64,000 nt of DNA from Mobula hypostoma (lineage: Eukaryota): the NCBI RefSeq assembly GCF_963921235.1, contig NC_086108.1, positions 47,618,001 to 47,682,000 on the forward strand. The letters are read 5' to 3'. The position numbers were made by a program, and so were the translations under genes. How positions within the stretch are numbered: the stretch's first letter is position 1; each line of letters begins with the position of its first letter. This document shows, piece by piece, positions 49,846-63,075 of this stretch. Under the pieces are notes generated by a model, which saw only the letters and a program-made list of their open reading frames with translations, had not been told where the DNA came from and made no database searches.

Positions 49846-50917
49846 AATAGTTGTTCATTTATAACTAACAAGAAAGAGCTGAAATTGGACAGTGGCAATA
49901 TGTGATAGGAACTGTAGGTGGCAGAAGTTTGCAAGAAACATTTATAATGCCATAAAGAACAACAAATAGACAAAAGTTTGCAGTATGTTTTCCATTATGT
50001 ACAGCAGTGACTATACTTCAAAATATAATTTTGTTGGTTGGATAGAATATCCTATGGTGATTAAAGGAACTGGTTTTTTGTCTTGCTTAATGACAAAAGC
50101 ATATGCTGGGAAGTAAACATTGATAGTATGTGTAATTTGTTTCAGCTTTTCCATGTATTTTATTAATGTGATTCTAGCAACCATGCTGTGCTGACTACAC
50201 ACTTAACAAGTTAGAACTGTACGTATTCACAGGATGCATTTGCAGAAACCAAGAAAGTGTAAAGATGTCAGCATAATCTTCAAGATTGGAAACACTTAAA
50301 AGGCTTGATGGAAGAGGTTGCTATGGAAAGAGATCCCCTGTTTAATGATGCAGGAAGAACTTGAGATCTATTACAAAGCACATTTGGCAGGAGATGGCTT
50401 ACTAGATCAATTCCAGGAATGTTGATATCATAGAACGTAGAAATTTGCCTATTCTAGAAACTGTCTAAAATTTCCCTAGTGCACAGCCCTTTATCTTTCT
50501 AAGCTGTATGTACCTATCTAAGCGGCTCTTAAAAGACCCTATCGTATCCGCTTCCACCGTTGCCGCCAGCAGTGCATTCCACACACCCGCCACTCTGTGT
50601 AGAAAACGCTTACCCGTGACATTCCCTTGGTACCTATTTCCAAGCACCTTAAAACTATGCCCCTTCATGTCAGCCATTTCAGCTCTGGGAAAAAGCCTCT
50701 GGCTATCCACATGATCTATGCTCCTCATCATCTTATGCGTCTCTATCAGGTCACCTCCCATTCTCTGTCACACCAAGGAGAAAAGGCCAAGTATACTCAA
50801 CCTATTCTCATAAGGTACGCCCTCCGATCCAGGCAGCATCCTTGTAAATTTCTTCTGCACTCTCTCTACCGTATCTATATCCTTTGTGTAGTGACGTGAC
50901 CAGAACTGAACACAGTA

Positions 50918-52553
50918 CAGGTTTTCCCTGCCATCCGAAGGTAGAGCGTTCCTGTGAAACAGTTCATAAGCCAGAAGGTCGTAAAGCGAAGAAGCAATTA
51001 CCATTTATTTATATGGGAAAAATTTGTGAGCGTTCGCAGATCCAAAAATAACCTACCAAATCATGCCAAATAACACGTAAAACCTAAAATAACAGTAACA
51101 TATAGTAAAAGCAGGAATGATATGATAAATACACAGCCTTTATAAAGTAGAAATACTTCTCTACAATCATTGCCTGCACTGTTCTCCGTAGCGAAAATCT
51201 CACACAAGCGCTCTCGGCCAAAACATGGCGCAAGCGCTCTCCAGTAACCTTTAAGCTATGAAGCTGCCAAATCGTACCAAATAACGAATAAAAATACACA
51301 GCCTATATAAAGTAGAGATAATGTATGTACAGTGTAGTATCACTTACCTGAATCGGGAAGACAGCGCCGAGCACACTGATGGTGGTGCGTTAGGCTGAGT
51401 CGTCGGAGGTTGGGATGGTGCAGTGGCTCCCACCCTCCAGGCCGCTGACCAATACTGATCCGCGAAGCATGCAGGGGTACAGCGGTGGCTGGGACACACC
51501 CAGCACATCTAAGAAAAAAGCCGAAATAAACAAGCTAATTAATTAGGTGCCGCCTGGCATGTAAATGTCGACCCAGATCAGAGGCAACGCAATCAGCAAT
51601 TGCCTCTGCTCTGGGCCGACATTTACGTGCCAGGCGGCACCTAATTAATTAACTTGAATATTTTGGCTTTTTTTCTTAAAGATGTGTTGGGTGCCTCCCG
51701 GCTACCGCTGCATTCTCCGCGAATTGGTATCGGTCCATGCCCCGGGGGTTGTGGTGGTGGGACACTGGGGTGTCGTCTCTTTCCATTAGGGCAGGCAGGT
51801 CATCTTCTTCTATGTTTGCCTGCCTCGATGTCAAAGGTCGAGGTTCGTCATCTGCTGTGGCTGATGTGGAAGGCTTGAAAAACGACAGTATGCTTGACTG
51901 CTAGCCTTGCGCATTTTTCTATCATACAGTTCTTTGTAAGCACTGAAACCATCCTGTAAATATGTCCTAAACCGACATACCCTTTCAAAATTAAAGTCGT
52001 ACTTTTCTGCAATCATTGCAGCGAAAATCTCATGCAGTTGCTTCACGTTCAGTTCCTGGACGACTTCACTTTCGGTCCGTTTGCTACTGCGTTCGGTTTC
52101 GATTGTTATCCTTTCCTCTTCCAATTGCATCAGCTCTTCATCTATCAGTTCTTGCTCATGGGATGCCAAACCCTGTTCAACATCATCTTTGTCAACTTCC
52201 ACAAACCAAACTCACTTACTCCTTGCTTTGTTCACCACGATCAAAACGCTTAATTATGTCTAGTTTTGTGCTAAGTGTAACACCCTTACGAGCTCTTTTA
52301 GGCTTTTCCGATACCGTAGAACTCATCTTGCTAATGGCTGCTCACAGGCACGTGTTTAGGCAGTGCCTGCAAGAATGCTGTTCCGAATCCGAGGGAGAGC
52401 GGCTGCTCGGGGCGCGCGCTGCCTTTTTTTCGCGAGCTGCCTTTTTTCGTAACGGTGAAAACACCTTCTGTTAGCGAAAACAGGGAACTAATGTTGGTCT
52501 TTCGTAACAGTGAGGTTTCATAAAGCGAACGTTCGAAAAGTGGGGCACACCTG
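50918..52553 (-). mobile_element. Tigger/pogo-like DNA transposon, internally deleted, with a transposase C-terminal remnant
   Basis: TA|CAGGTTTTCCC ... GGGGCACACCTG|TA. ORF 51831-52202 (EVDKDDVEQ.LASHEQELIDEELMQLEEE..YKELY) resembles a Tigger acidic tail. Confidence 0.8.
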
Positions 52554-52666
52554 TATTCCAAGTGGGGTCTGGCCAAGGTCTTGTATAGCTGGAACATTAC
52601 CTCACGGCTCTTGAACTTAATCACACGGTTGATGAATGCCAACACAGCCTTCTTAACAACACTATC

Positions 52667-55600
52667 TTTCTTTCTTTCTTTTTAAATCTTTTTATTAATT
52701 TTCAAAATTATAAACTCAATAACAAAGTTGGTACAAAGAGATTGGAATAATCTTAATCAGCATATACAAAAAGGATTTTAAGTTACATAGATATAATAAA
52801 CTTCTAAACTCATAATGAAATTAGCCATTAAAAAAAGAAAGAAAAAGAAAAAATATATATGTAAACAAAGAAAAATCCCCAAAAGAAAAGGGAAAAAAAA
52901 ACCCCAAAAAAACAGAACAAAACAGGGCTAGACCAATATCTTGAATCAGACACGTTCAGTAATGTCGTCAACTCCGCACCTCTATTCATATAATTTAAGT
53001 TTAAAGAAAGATTCGGAAAGGTCAGATTACATCATATGAAAATGTTGCATAAAAGGTTTCCAAGTTTCTTCAAATTTAACCAAAGGGTCAAAAATATCAC
53101 TTCTAATTTTTTCTAAATTTAAACTTAATATAGTTTGAGAAAACCATTGGAATGTAGTAGGAGGATTGATTTCCTTCCAGTTCAACAAAATAGATCTTCT
53201 AGCCATTAAAGTAACAAATGCTATCATCCGACAGGCTGAAGAAGACAAAGATCTATGTTCTACCATTGGCAATCCAAAAATTGCCGTAATAGGATGGGGT
53301 TTTAAATCAAAGCATAGAACTGTTGAAATAATATCAAAAATATCTTTCCAATATATTTCCAGAAGAGGACAGGACCAAAACATATGAGTTAAAGAAGCCA
53401 CCTCAGAGTGACATCTATCACAAGTAGGGTTTATATGGGAATAAAAATGAGCTAGTTTATCTTTGGACATATGGGCTCTGTGTACTACTTTAAATTGTAT
53501 TAATGTATGTTTAGCACATATAGAAGAAGTACTAACTAATTGGAAAAATTTTATCCCATTTCTCTATAGGTAGACAAAGTTGAAGTTCCCTTTCCCATTC
53601 ATTTTTAATTTTATCAGATATACCTGGCTGTAATTTCATAATTATATCATAAATAATTGCTATTAATCCCTTCTGCAAAGGATTTAAGCCTAAAATTTTA
53701 TCAATAATGCCAGTAGGATTTGAAGTCGGAAAGGTAAGCAACATAGTATTTAAAATATTTCTTATTTGTAAGTATCTAAAAAAAATGGGATCTAGGCAAA
53801 TCAAATTTCTTAGATAACTGCTCAAAAGACATAAAACAGTTATCCAGAAATAAATCATGAAAACATATTATACCTTTCGTTTTCCATATCAAAAAGGCTT
53901 GGTCCATTACTGAGGATTGAAAAAAGAAATTAGATATAATAGGACTTGATAACATACATTAATTCAGGACAAAAAATTTACGAAATTGAAACCATATTCG
54001 CAATGTATGTTTAACTATAGGGTTAAACGTTTGTTTATTCAGTTTAGATAGTACAAAAGGCAGTGAAGTTCCTAAAATGGAACTTGTACAGAGTGGCCTT
54101 CAAAGTTTACCCAATATGGGCTTGGAGTTATATTCCAATCTTGCGTCCAAAATATTAAATATCGAATATTAATTGCCCAGTAATAAAATCTTAGGTTAGG
54201 CAATGCCAAACCACCCTCTTTCTTAGATTTCTGTAAGTATTTTTTACTTAATCTGAGATTTTTATTTTGCCATATATAAGAGGAAATTTTAGAATCAATA
54301 GTATCAAAAAAAAGTTTTAGGAATAAAAATTGGTATTGTTTGAAATAAATGTAAAAATTTAGGTAAAATAATCATTTTAATAGTATTGATTCAGCCAATC
54401 AATGATAGAGACAATGGGGACCACTTAGTAATCAGTTGTTTAACCTGATTAATTAATGGTAAAAGGTTAAAATTGAATAGATCCTTATGTCTCTTAGTAA
54501 TTTCAACTCCTGGGTAAGTAAAATAGTCAGTCACTCTAAGTGGAGAATTTCTATAAGTGGGAACCTGCATATTTAATGGAAAAAGTTCACTCTTACCTAG
54601 GTTCAATTTATAACCAGAAAAACTACTAAACTGACCAAGCAAAGTTAATAATGCCGGAATAGATTTTCCTGGGTTAGAAATATATAAAAGTAGATCATCT
54701 GCATATAGTGATAATTTATGAATCTCATTTCCACGGGTAATACCAAATATATTAGGGGAGTCACGAATGGCAATAGCTAGCGGTTCCAAAGCAATATCAA
54801 ATAGTAGTGGACTAAGAGGACAGCCCTGCCTAGTACCACGGAATAGATGAAAAAGAGGGGATCTTTGATTTTTAGTAAATACAGAAGCCAAAGGGGTAAG
54901 ATGTGTCAATTTAATCCAAGATATAAATATCGAACTAAAATTAAATTTCTCAAGGGTGTTAAATAAATATGTCCATTCAACTCTATCAAAAGCTTTCTCA
55001 GCATCCAATGAAGTAACACATTCTGGAATTTCGGGTGAAGGCATATAAACAATATTCATTAATCTCCTAATATTAAAAAAGAGTAACGATTTTTAATAAA
55101 TCCAGTCTGATCAGCAGAAATAATTTGAGGTAATACATTCTCCAATCTCATTGCCAATATTTTAGAAGACATCTTAGAATCCACATTCAGCAAAGATATA
55201 GGCCTATAAGATGCACATTCAGTAGGGTCCTTATCTTTTTTAAGAATTAGGGAAATAGAAGCTCGATAAAAAGATTGTGGTAATTTACCTATAGATACTG
55301 CATCCCTAAAAACACGACGTAGCCAAGGGGTCAGTGTAGTAGAGAAAATTTTTTAAAATTCTACTGTAAATCCAACTGGGCCAAGTGCTTTACCTGAATT
55401 CATCGAAAAAATAGCATTCTTTATTTCCTCTACTGTAATAGGTACATCTAGTTTTGAACGTTCATTAGATGATAATTTTGGAATATTCAATTTCTTAAAA
55501 AGTTCATGTGTTATATTAGATTCATTAGGACATTCTGATTGATATAAGGAGGTATAGAATTCTTGAAAGGATTTATTAATCTCATCCTGGTCAATTGTCA

Positions 55601-55755
55601 AAGTGCCATCTTGTTTATGAATCTTAAGAATCTGTTGTTTAACCGAGGCCGATTTCAATTGATTAGCCAAAAGTTTCCCAGTTTTATCACCATGTATATA
55701 AAATTGACTCTTAGTTTTGATTAATTGACTTTCAATTGAAGATGATAATAAGAGA
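52667..55755 (-). mobile_element. L1 LINE, 5'-truncated, with 14-bp TSD
   Basis: SLDAEKAFDRVEW, GTRQGCPLSPLLF, LYADD, CDRC..HMFWSC. TSD TTAACAACACT(A/G)TC at 52653-66 and 55756-69. Confidence 0.95.
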
Positions 55756-56889
55756 TTAACAACACTGTCAACCTGCGCAGCAGCTTTTAGTGTCCTATCA
55801 ACACGGACCCCAAGATCTGTCAGATCTTCCACACTGCCAAGAGTCTTACCATTTATATTATATTCTGTCTTCAAATTGGACCTACCAAAATGATCCACTT
55901 TACGCTTATCTGGGTTGAAGTCCATCTGTCACTTCTCAGCCCAGTTCTGCATCTATCTGCATCTATTGATGTCCCACTGTAACCTCTGACAACCCTCCAG
56001 ACTATCTACAACACCCCCAACCTTTGTGTCATCAGCAAACTTACTAACCCACCCTTTACTTCTTCATCCAGGTCATTTATAAAAATCACAAAGAGGATCC
56101 CAGAACAGAGCCTGCAGAACGCTACTGGTCACTAACCTCCTTGTAGAATATGAACCATCTACAACCACCCTTTGCCTTCTGTGGGCAAGCCAAATCTGGA
56201 TCCACAAAGCAAAGTATCCTTGGATCCCATGGCTCCTTACTTTCTGAAAGAGCCTTGCATGGGGAACCTTATCAAATGTCTTACTGAAATCCATATACAT
56301 TACATCCACTATTCTGCCTTCATCAATGTGTTTTGTTACATCCTCAAAGAATTCAATCAGGCTTGTAAGGCACGACCTGCCCTTGACAAAGCCATGCTGA
56401 CTATCCCTAATTAGATTATGTCACTCCAAATGCTCATATGTCGTGTCTCTCAGGATCTTCAACAACTTCGCTACTCCCTTTATTGAACAAGGGAACAACA
56501 TTTGCAACCCTCCAATTCTCCGGTACTTCTCCCATCCCTAATGATGCAAAGATCATCGAAAAAGGCTCAGCAGACTCCTCCCTTGCTTCCCACAGTAGCC
56601 TGGAGTATATCTCATTGAGTCCCGGTGATTTATCTAACTTAATGCTTTTCAAAAGCTCCAGCACATCCTCTTGCTTAATATCTGTATGCTCAACAATTTC
56701 AGTCCACTGTAAATCATTCCCACGTCCTTTTCTCTGATGAATACTGAAGCAAAGTATTCATCGAGTACCTCTGCTAATTCCTCCAACTCCATGCACATGT
56801 TTCCGCTGACACACCTGATTGGTCCTATTCTCACACGGCTCATCCTCTTGCTCTTCACATACTTGTAGAATGCCTTGGGGCTTTCCTTA

Positions 56890-59669
56890 TCTTTAAATCT
56901 TTTTATTGAATAAGTATACAAAAAGGTAAGCCATATAGGCACTAATACACTGTTAGTATATAATAAAATTACAGGAGATATTAATACAGAAAAAAAAATG
57001 ATACAAACAATGTAATTTAAACATAACATAATAGTATACTAATTTTTATATATATCAATAAAGAAAAGGGAAAAAAAACCCCACCGTGCAACTAAACTAA
57101 AAGCAAAGCAAAGCAATGGGCTAACTTGGAACCAAGTAGAGTTAAAGAACTTAAAATCACGTCCTCAAACCCGACCTCCATTAAAAGCAGTAAAAAAAAA
57201 CAAGAAGGTGTTTAAGTGAGGAATCATAAAGATTGCTTCTAATTTTCTCCAAATTCAAGCATAATATCGTCTGAGAAAACCAAAAAAAGGTATTTGGAGC
57301 ATTAAGCTCTTTCCAATGTTGTAAGATACATCTTTTTGCCATTAAAGTAAGAAATGCAATCATTCTACGGGCTGAAGGAGAAAGATTACTGGAAATTTTA
57401 GGTAGTCCAAAGATAGCAGTAATAGGGTGAGGAGAGATATCTATATTCAATACCTTTGAGATAATATTAAAAATGTCTCTCCAAAAAGTTTTCAGAGTAG
57501 GACAAGACCAAAACATATGAGTTAAAGAGGCTATCTGCCCCGGACATCTATCACAAAAAGGATTAATATGAGAATAAAAGCGAGCTAATTTATCTTTGGA
57601 CATATGTGCTCTATGAACAACTTTAAATTGAATTAGGGAATGTTTAGCACAGATAGAACAAGTATTGACTAATTGTAAAATCTGCCCCCAGTCATCCACG
57701 GAAATGATAGAACCCAATTCCTGTTCCCAATCTACCCTAATGTTATCAAATGGAGCTTTCCTAAGTTTCATAATAATATTATAAATCATAGCCAATGCAC
57801 CTTTCTGACATGGATTAAGGTTAATTATAGTATCTAAAATATATGTAGGAGGAAGCATTGGAAAGGAAGAAAGTATAGTACTTAGGAAATTTCTAACTTG
57901 TAGATATCTAAAAAAATGTATTCTTGATAAATTATATTTATTAGATAATTGTTCAAAAGACATAAGGGAACCATCTAAAAATAAATCCAAAAACCGTGAA
58001 ATACCCTTAGTCTTCCAAATTTGAAAAGCACAATCCGTAAAAGAGGGAGGAAAAAATATGTTACCTAGAATAGGAATCGCTAGCCCAAATTGGTTAAAAT
58101 CAAAAAATTTTCTGAATTGAAACCAAATACGTAAGGTATATTTAACTATCGGGTTAGAGACCTGTTTGAGGTGTTTCAAATCAAAAGGAAGAGAGGAACC
58201 TAAAATAGAGCCAAGTGTATAGCCCTGAACGGATTGTAATTCCAATGCTACCCATTTAGGAATGGATAGTATATCCTGGTCGTAACCAAAATTTCATATG
58301 TCGAATATGAATTGCCTAATAATAGAATCTAAAGTTAGGTAATGCTAAACCTCCATCTCTCTTAGCTTTCTGTAAATGTATTTTACCCAGTCTCGGGTTT
58401 TTATTTTGCCAAATAGATGAAGAAATTTTTGAGTCAACTTTATCAAAAAGAGATTTTGGAACAAAAATCGGTAATGCCTGAAATGTATATCACAATTTTG
58501 GCAGAAAAAACATCTTAACTGCATTAATACGACGAATCAAAGTTAAATTTAATGGAAACCATTTAGATGAAAGTTGAATAATATGGTCAATTAAGGGTAA
58601 GAAGTTAATCTTAAATAAATCTTTGTGTTTACAAGTAATTTTAATCCCAAGATATGAAAAATAATTATTAATCAATTTAAACGGAAAGTTATGATATAAG
58701 GGAAGTTGTTTATTAATCGGGAAAAGTTCACTCTTACTAAGATTTAATTTATAACCTGAAAAAAGACTAAATTGTGCTAATAACTCTAAAACAGCAGGGA
58801 TGGATTTTTGAGGATTAGAAATATATAAAAGTAAGTCATCAGCATAGAGTGATATTTTATGGGACTTTAAGCCCCGAGTTATCCCAGTAATATTTGGAGA
58901 TTCCCGAATGGCAATTGCAAGAGGTTCTAATGCAATATCAAATAATAAAGGACTAAGAGGACAACCTTGTCAAGTACCTCGAAAAAGAGGGAAAAAAGGT
59001 GAGCTTAAAGAGTTAGTACGGACCGAGGCCACAGGAGAATGATATAACAGTTTGATCCAGGATATAAATTTTGAGCTAAAATTAAACATTTCAAGCACCT
59101 TAAATAAGTAAGGCCATTCTACTCTATCAAAAACTTTCTCAACATCTAAAGAGATAACACACTGAGGAACATTTTGTGAGGGGGTATAAACAATATTTAA
59201 CAGTGTGCGAATGTTATAAAAAGAGTAACGACCTTTAATAAAACCCGTTTGGCCTTCCAAAATAATAAAAGGAAGTACTTTTTCTAATCTGTTTGCTAAT
59301 AACTTAGAAAAAATTTTAGAATCAACACTTAATAAAGATATTGGTCTATAAGATGCACATTGAGCAGGATCTTTATCCTTCTTTAATATTAGAGAGATTG
59401 AAGCTCTATTGAAAGATTCGGGAAGTTTACCAAGTTTTAATGAAGCCTCGAAAACCTTACAGAACCAAGGGATTAATGAAGGTGCAAAACATTTATAAAA
59501 TTCTGCGGTAAACCCATCAGGGCCAGGAGCTTTCCCCAGGTTCATAGAGGAAATAACATTCTTAATCTCATCAGTGGTAATGGGAGTATCTAGCATAGAA
59601 GACGTATCCTGTGAAATCTCAGGGAAGTCTAGGTTATCTAAAAAATCATTCATATATTTAGAGTCTCGA
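56890..59669 (-). mobile_element. L1 LINE, 5'-truncated, with 13-bp TSD
   Basis: GKAPGPDGF, YRPISLL, DRVEW, CDRC..HMFWSC. TSD GGGGCTTTCCTTA at 56877-89 and 59670-82. Confidence 0.95.
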
Positions 59670-61719
59670 GGGGCTTTCCTTAATCCTGTTCACCAAAGCC
59701 TTCTCATGGCCCCTTCTGGTTCTCCTAATTCCGTTCTTAAGCTCCTTCCTGGCAACCTTGTAATTTTCTAGAGCTCTGACAGTACCTAGTTTCTTGAACC
59801 TTTCATAAGCTTTTCTTCTTAATTAGATTTTCTACATATTCGATGCACCATGGTTTTTTAACCCTACCATCCTTCCCCTGCCTCAATGGAACATACCTAT
59901 ACAGAACTATGCCACATTTCTGCTGCGCATTTCCCTGAGAGCATCTGCTCCCAATTTATGCTCCCAAGTTCCTGCCTAATAGCATCATATTTCCCCCCTA
60001 CTCCAATTAAATGTTTTCCCAAATTGTCTTCTCCTATCCCTCTCCAGCTCTATGGTGAAGGAGATAGAGTTGTGGTCACTACCTCCCAAAATGCTCTGCC
60101 GAGAGATCTGACACCTGAACATGTTCATTTCCCAATACCAGATCAAGTACAGCCTCTCCTCTAGTTGGCTTACCTGCATATTGTGTCAGGAAACCTTCCT
60201 GAACACACCTAACAAACTCCACACCATCTAAACTCCTTCCACTAAGGAGCTGCCAGTCAATATCAGGAAAGTTAAAATCTCCCATCACAACAGCCCTATT
60301 ATTATTGCACCGTTCCAGAATCTTCCTCCTTATCTGCTCCTCGATATCCCTATAAAAAACACCCAGTAGTTATTGCCCCTTTTCTGTTTCTGACTTCCAC
60401 CCACACTGACTCAGTAAACCAGCCCTCCGTGACTTCCTCCTTTTCTGCAGCCGTGACACTATCCCTAATTAGCAATGCCACACCCCCACCTCTTTTGCCT
60501 CCCTCTCTGTTCTTTTTGAAACATCTAAAGCCTGGCACTCTCAGCAGCCATTGCTGCTCCCAAGACATCCAAGTCTCTGTAATGGCCACAACGTCACAGT
60601 TCCACGTATTGATCCACGCTCAATATTTGTATCCATATAGGCCATTGAATGCATCTGCAAATCTGAGTCCTCAACAGTTGTTAATACATTTGCATTGTAC
60701 TTGATGCTGAACTCTGGTCCTTGCGTAATGATCATATCAAATATACTTGGTACCTGACATTTCATGTACCCCAACACATTCACGTTACCACTATTCCAAC
60801 ACTTAAATATACACTTTGTGCAGTTTGCACACTCCCAGATTTCAAATATGGTAGGCACATAACTAAGATGCTCATTAACCTATTTTCTCCATCTTTGTGA
60901 ACAGAAATTAGCCAATCATTTGAAGCAATTACAGACCAAGATTGTTTCCATTTTCTCAGCAGCCAGATTCGCATGTTAGCTGTTTTTAGAGAGGTGACCA
61001 CATAACTATGAAACCACTTGGGAGAGATACAGGAACCTGCACAGGATACATATGCAAAACAGTGATTCTACAAGGTTAATTTCCCATGTATGATTGCTGT
61101 CTGAAGCAGTGTATGCCACTCGGTTCAAGGAGTATGGGTCAACTAGTGTGGTTGACCATTTAATCAAATTTTTAAGCATTTGTTAGCAGTTGTTAAACCA
61201 AAATCAAATTGGACCATTCAACCCATCAAGTCTCATCCCCGCTTGATTATGGTTTACTTATTTTCCCTCTTAACTCCAATTCCCTGCCTTCTCCCTGCAA
61301 CTTAGAAGCAAGCTTATCACCCAGATGGACACATAGTTTGGCTGTGATCAGCATTGTTCAGCAAAGTATAGTGGTTGATTATCCTTGGATATTGTAGTGA
61401 ATGAACTTCAATTCACAGTGCCTTAGATCATTGACTGGTCTTGAATGTCAACGATCAATGATCCAAATCCAGTCAACATGGTACCTGTTAACAATGCTCC
61501 AGTCAACATCTTCTGGATAGATCATGAAACCATATATTTCACTTTTGTTTTTCATCTTGGATGTGGTTCTGGAACTGTTGGAGCCTGTGATTTGCTGTTT
61601 GTAAATCATTTCGGTGTTCCAGGTTTGCTGTCTCTGAGAGGATTCCAGAAGGCAGAGGTGGCGAGTGTGGGCAGGCTGTGGGATGAGATGTGAGCCAATA
61701 TTTGACTCCATTTTGCCAA

Positions 61720-62342
61720 TTAAAGCTTCCATTGATCGTTGATTAAAGCGACGAGGGAGATCGAAGCATCGAGCAGAATGCGGGAGCTTGGAGATCGTTT
61801 GGGTGTTTTGCCGCTCTGCAGTCTCCACAAGGATTCTAGGAGGCAGAGGCAGCATGTGTGAACTTCATAGCGAGGGAGCTGTGGGACGGGGCATGAGCCA
61901 TTGTTTGACTCAATTTAAAGCTTTCATTGTGCACCGATTAACACAGCAATGGAGATTTGAAGCACCAGGGCAAGTGCAGAGGTTGAACGCCAGCTCCTTG
62001 TCTTTTGATTGCTCTGCTACAGAGAGGGAAAGGCCTGTCACTGTGCCCGGAAAGGGTTGCCCGGGTTTTCTGTATCTTAGATGTGAACTTGGACTATAGA
62101 CTTCTTTTCTCCGTCTTATAATTTTTTTTATTTTGTGTTTTACACCCCTGATCTTACTTTTTTCTGTGTAGGAGGCGAGATTTGGGGATTGATTTGCCCG
62201 TTCCATCTTTGTTCATATTTTTTGTGCAGGGAGGGGGTAATTTGTGGGCTGATGATTATGCTTCCTTTCTTTTGGTTTCATGGCTACCCGGAGAAGTAGA
62301 ATTTCATGTTGTATGCTTTGATAATAAATGAACCTTTGAACA
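61720..62342 (+). mobile_element. Non-LTR-type repeat fragment with a Rex/L2-like 3' tail
   Basis: GC-rich head, T-rich middle, end GCTTTGATAATAAATGAACCTTTGAAC. Confidence 0.45.
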
Positions 62343-62807
62343 TATTGTGGAAACCAGTCTCTTTTGTACTCCATGATTCTATGGACTTCTGGTATAATGT
62401 TCCAACCTGTGGAGCTTCTTGTGACCCAGTTCACAAAATGAAATGGGGTAACACTCCTGGTGCTCATTTTCCTCAACTTTACTGCAGCTAACTCTTCTAG
62501 TCATTTTATGTATGTACGCAGCTATGTCAATTGCATTTTGGTTCTTGTGAGGATTAACATCACTGACAAGTGTGATAGATTGATGGATGTTTTATCACTT
62601 GATTCTTTGTATTCTTCTTAATGAAATGGTACTGCGTATATATACCCTGACTAGAATGTGTACAGAGGCAAAATGTTTGGATTAAATTTCAAAAGTGTTA
62701 ATTTTTCTTTGTCTAAATTAATAAAATTCAAAATTTTCAAACTCTATGATAAATACTACTAATATGTAGCATCAGCATAACAAGTGGATAAAGCACTGGG
62801 GATTGAG

Positions 62808-63075
62808 GTTCAGAATCAGGTTTATTATCACCGAAGTATGTCATGAAATTTGTTGTTTTGCTGCATTAGCACAGTACAAATCAGAAAAAGTTTACTATAT
62901 ATTGCAATAAGAAATATAAAACAGGACAAAAGAGGGCAAAATAGTGAGGTAGTGTTCATGGACTGTTCAGAAATCTGACTGCAGAGAGAAAGAAACTGTT
63001 CCTTAAACTTTGAGTTTGCATCTTCAAACTCATTTACCTCCTACCTGATGGTAGTAGTGAGAAGAGGACAGGGAT
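62808..63075 (-). mobile_element. Rex1/Babar LINE 3' end
   Basis: Clearly similar to 7087-7365 (CAGAATCAG.TTTA..., ATAGTGAGGTAGTGTTCATGG, TGATGGTAG..TGAGAAGAGG). Confidence 0.75.

Larger units (their letters stand above)
50428..60620 (-). mobile_element. CR1 LINE ORF2 (endonuclease to 3' end) split into four segments by three nested insertions
   Basis: Collinear pieces AITETW, MGDFNFPDIDW, KSPGL..IY.RLL, YMDFSKTFDKVPH, YCVQFWS, GDLIETHK. Segments 50428-50917, 52554-52666, 55756-56889 and 59670-60620 rejoin at TSDs. Confidence 0.9.

Noticed and set aside
49297..49905. 202-aa ORF and overlapping antisense ORFs
   Set aside because: They lie in a GC-rich interspersed repeat with no recognisable domain; chance ORFs.
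55353..55925. 190-aa ORF as a fusion protein
   Set aside because: Chance read-through from CR1 sequence across the TSD into the truncated L1 5' end.
60620..61000. Possible L1 C-terminal remnant (RIWLLRKWKQ)
   Set aside because: Similarity too weak to support a call.
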